This document shows, in pieces, positions 17,889-20,642 of a stretch of DNA of 20,642 nt. The translations under genes and the position numbers were made by a program. Location of the stretch: the NCBI GenBank assembly GCA_002410925.1, contig DHPR01000012.1, forward strand, positions 1-20,642. Reading direction: 5' to 3'. The DNA comes from a bacterium UBP13_UBA5359. GTDB taxonomy: Bacteria > UBP13 > UBA5359. How positions within the stretch are numbered: the stretch's first letter is position 1; each line of letters opens with the position of its first letter. Under the pieces are notes generated by a model. It was not told where the DNA came from, searched no databases, and saw nothing but the letters and a program-made list of their open reading frames with translations.

Positions 17889-18875
17889 TCAGACGCATTC
17901 CGGCTTACCGCTGGCTATGGAACGATAAGCTGCCAGTGCTACCTCAAGAGCTCTCAGGCCATCTTCGCCCGTTATAGAGGGCTCTCTGTCGCTACCCAGG
18001 CAATCGACCCAGTCACGAATCAACCCCATATCGGTGTTGCTGCCCCAGCCTGCCCAGCCGTAGCTCATATTCTCATCGGAATAGTGATCTAAACGCTGTA
18101 TAAAAGCATCGACGCCGGCTACTCCTTCGGTACCTGTAAACTCCATATAGACATCGCCCCAGGTTGGAAAGGACTTCGGACGAGACCAACTGGTATCCAG
18201 AGTAGCAAAGATACCATTATCGTAGCTAATAGTCAGCAAACCTGCATCCTCAGCCTCTATATCATTGAACATAGTGCCTGCTTCGGCATATACCTCAATT
18301 GCCTCGGCTCCCGTATACCAGCGCAACAGATCGGCCACATGCACCGTATGATCTATGATCGCCCCGCCGCCGGAGAGCCGGGAATCTACAAACCATCCTC
18401 CGGGCATACGTCCACGATTGGTAGCTTTTACCGCCACTATCTCTCCCAGGCGCCCTTCACGCACTATATCCCGGACCTGGGCTACTGCCGGTGAGAAGCG
18501 ACAGGGAAAGGCTGTCTGCAGCCTGACCTTTGCTTGCCGGCAAAGGTCTATCATCTTGCGGGCATCGTCAGCATTGGTGGATATGGGCTTTTCACATAGT
18601 ATATCCGCGCCGGCCGCAGCCGCCATTTCAGTCATTTCCAGATGACGATAGTTTTCAGAACAGATAACCACTCCGTCAAGATTCTGCTTCAATAGGCTGT
18701 CATAACTCTTATAGTAATCGGTATTATGGGCTTCGGCAGCAGCTCTGCCTCTGGCGTCATCCTCATCGGCAACCCCAACCAGCTCCACCTGCGGCATCTT
18801 TTCCAGGCAAGAAGCATAGCTGCCGGCATGCATATGGGCAAAGCTCATCATCCCAACCCTTATCCTCTTCATCAT
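17889..18875 (-). CDS. Gfo/Idh/MocA-family oxidoreductase
   Basis: 328 aa; ILCEKPI motif, GGGAIIDHTVH, ITGEDGLRALEV; start overlaps the upstream paralog stop (ATGA). Confidence 0.92.
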   Translation of the reverse strand: MMKRIRVGMMSFAHMHAGSYASCLEKMPQVELVGVADEDDARGRAAAEAHNTDYYKSYDSLLKQNLDGVVICSENYRHLEMTEMAAAAGADILCEKPISTNADDARKMIDLCRQAKVRLQTAFPCRFSPAVAQVRDIVREGRLGEIVAVKATNRGRMPGGWFVDSRLSGGGAIIDHTVHVADLLRWYTGAEAIEVYAEAGTMFNDIEAEDAGLLTISYDNGIFATLDTSWSRPKSFPTWGDVYMEFTGTEGVAGVDAFIQRLDHYSDENMSYGWAGWGSNTDMGLIRDWVDCLGSDREPSITGEDGLRALEVALAAYRSIASGKPECV

Positions 18876-19870
18876 CTCAGCACCTCCACCGGCTGTCCAG
18901 TGGAAATCGATTCCAGAACAGCTAATGATATTTTCAACGCTTCCACGGCATCCTCTCCGCTTATCGGAGGCTCCTCCTCACTTTTGATTGCTTTTAGAAA
19001 ATCAGCAATCTCCAGCCGATAGGGATCGTCCTCTTCTGCCAGAGGGCTATTAGGCACAGCTACCGCATTACCTGCTCCGCCGCTGCCGGTAAACGCCAGC
19101 TTGATTGGCGCAGAATCATCATTGTTGAAGGTGATGAGGCCTTTGTCTCCGGCTACCTCCAGGCAGGTTTTGAAGCCGTCCGGGCGCATCCACGTTCCCT
19201 CCACATGAGCTATGGCCCCATTTGCAAAGCGCAGAGTGACCAGGGCATAATCTTTATGCTCTCCGGCCTTCTCCACCAATCCTTTGGCATAGACTCTGAT
19301 TACATCTCCCAGACTCCATCGCAGCCAATCAAAATCGTGAATTATCATATCCAGAACCAAGCCGCCGCTCTTGCTCTTATCTGCATACCAGTCTCCGGAA
19401 GCCTGCGGAAAAGAACCTCCCCGGCTGGTACTTACCATTCCAACTTTGCCTACGGCTCCCTTGTCTATCATTGCCTTAGCGGCAGCATATTCAGGGAAAT
19501 AGCGCAAAACGTGTCCTACCATGAAGGCTACGCCGGCCTTTCGGCAGGCCTCGGTCATTTCCAGGCCATCTTCCACCGTCATAGCTATGGGCTTTTCGCA
19601 AAATATATGCTTTCCGGCAGCTGCTGCCGTCAGCACACACTTCTTATGATATGGAGTGGGCGTGGTTATGCTGACGATATCTATATCCTCCTCCGCCAGC
19701 ATTTTTTCCATATTGTCATATGCCGAGGCAGAGTAGCTTTCAGCCAGGCGCTCTGCAGCTTCAAGCCTTATATCCAGCACAGCCATCACCCGGCTATCGG
19801 GCAGAGCATCATAGTGCCCGGCATGTACGCCACCCATCGTCCCTGCTCCTATAATAGCAACATTAAACAA
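18872..19870 (-). CDS. Gfo/Idh/MocA-family oxidoreductase
   Basis: 332 aa; Rossmann IIGAGTMG, HIFCEKPIA, SGGLVLDMIIHDFD; GGAGGT RBS before the TTG start. Confidence 0.93.
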   Translation of the reverse strand: MFNVAIIGAGTMGGVHAGHYDALPDSRVMAVLDIRLEAAERLAESYSASAYDNMEKMLAEEDIDIVSITTPTPYHKKCVLTAAAAGKHIFCEKPIAMTVEDGLEMTEACRKAGVAFMVGHVLRYFPEYAAAKAMIDKGAVGKVGMVSTSRGGSFPQASGDWYADKSKSGGLVLDMIIHDFDWLRWSLGDVIRVYAKGLVEKAGEHKDYALVTLRFANGAIAHVEGTWMRPDGFKTCLEVAGDKGLITFNNDDSAPIKLAFTGSGGAGNAVAVPNSPLAEEDDPYRLEIADFLKAIKSEEEPPISGEDAVEALKISLAVLESISTGQPVEVLR

Positions 19871-19883
19871 TATTACACCTCCG

Positions 19884-20642
19884 TCAAACCCAGCATAAAC
19901 CGGGTGAATTCATAATTTCTCTTATCTGAACCGTGGCCGGCCCTATTATGCCTGCCTCTCTTCCCAGGCAGGCCGGAACTACTATTACACGTGAAGCCGG
20001 CACAGACAAGGCGCGGCAACCGATGGTCTGTCTTATGGAAGACAGAAAGGGCTCGCCCAGGTCTGCTGCCGGCCCGGCGATGATAACTCTCTCGAGGTTG
20101 ATAAGGTTTATGACGCTGGCAATACCGGCGCCTATGTACTCTCCCGCTCTTCTGGCAGCCTGAGCAGCCAGCTCATCCTCCTGCTCCAGCGCCGCTATAA
20201 TCATCTCCAGCGTAAGCTTGTCCGCCTGGCCTTCACACATTTGGGATAATATGGAAACCCTGCCCTGCTTGAGCATATCGCCGGCCCAGCGTACTATGGC
20301 CGGCCCGGCAGCCAGCGTTTCAAGGCATCCCCAGGCACCGCACTTGCATGGAGGACCATCAATATCTACTACCATATGTCCCAGCTCTCCGGTAGAGCCG
20401 TCTCGGCCGCGATGCAGCTCACCGTTTAGAATCAGACCGGCTCCGATACCTGCGCCTATAGTAACACAGAACAGATCGGCGGCACCCTGCCCCGCACCAT
20501 CGTACATTTCCGCCAGGGCATTGGCATTGCAATCATTCTCTACTGTTGTCCTCAGCCCGGTTCTCTCTTCTATCAGAGACTTCAACGGTATGCCGCGCCA
20601 GCCCAGGTTGCTGGCCTCGGAGACCACGCCCGTTTCCGGCTC
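19884..20642 (-). CDS. ROK-family protein (sugar kinase or repressor), 5' end outside the window
   Basis: ENDCNANALAE, GAGIGAGLILNG, GELGHM and the zinc motif CKCGAWGCLE; frame stays open to the window edge. Confidence 0.92.
   Translation of the reverse strand, partial: EPETGVVSEASNLGWRGIPLKSLIEERTGLRTTVENDCNANALAEMYDGAGQGAADLFCVTIGAGIGAGLILNGELHRGRDGSTGELGHMVVDIDGPPCKCGAWGCLETLAAGPAIVRWAGDMLKQGRVSILSQMCEGQADKLTLEMIIAALEQEDELAAQAARRAGEYIGAGIASVINLINLERVIIAGPAADLGEPFLSSIRQTIGCRALSVPASRVIVVPACLGREAGIIGPATVQIREIMNSPGLCWV

Noticed and set aside
2623-20163. Plus-strand and alternate-frame ORFs overlapping the called genes (e.g. 12965-13702, 19205-19915, 10679-11131, 11506-11883)
   Set aside because: Shadow ORFs of well-supported minus-strand genes, with no recognisable motifs.
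17889-20642. ROK gene plus tandem Gfo/Idh/MocA genes as part of the defence locus
   Set aside because: Looks like the ordinary end of a sugar-utilisation operon, separated from downstream genes by a distinct promoter.

Overview
All genes in this window are on the minus strand. In transcription order: a ROK-family gene (cut by the right edge), two Gfo/Idh/MocA oxidoreductases, a PilP/GspC-like membrane protein, a PilQ/GspD secretin, an Mre11/SbcD nuclease with a short Rad50/SbcC-like ATPase, an HTH-WYL regulator, and a complete type I-C CRISPR-Cas operon (cas3, cas5c, cas8c with internal cas11c, cas7, cas4, cas1, cas2). A leader and a long array follow: 32-nt repeat, 34 readable spacers, one N gap, running off the left edge. 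The ATPase has a hydrophobic hairpin where the zinc hook would normally be. The strongest unannotated signal is the cas3 promoter: a GACA-N5-TGTC palindrome whose proximal half lies exactly 10 nt from the -10 box (TGTCGC-N10-TA-N3-T), the geometry known for WYL activator (PafBC-type) promoters. This suggests, by inference, a CRISPR-Cas operon inducible by ssDNA, next to a membrane-tethered Mre11-Rad50 and a secretin with a SigH-like promoter. A secretin plus a SigH-type promoter hints at a diderm Firmicute-like host, which is also inference. All calls come from reading motifs by eye; no database searches were run.
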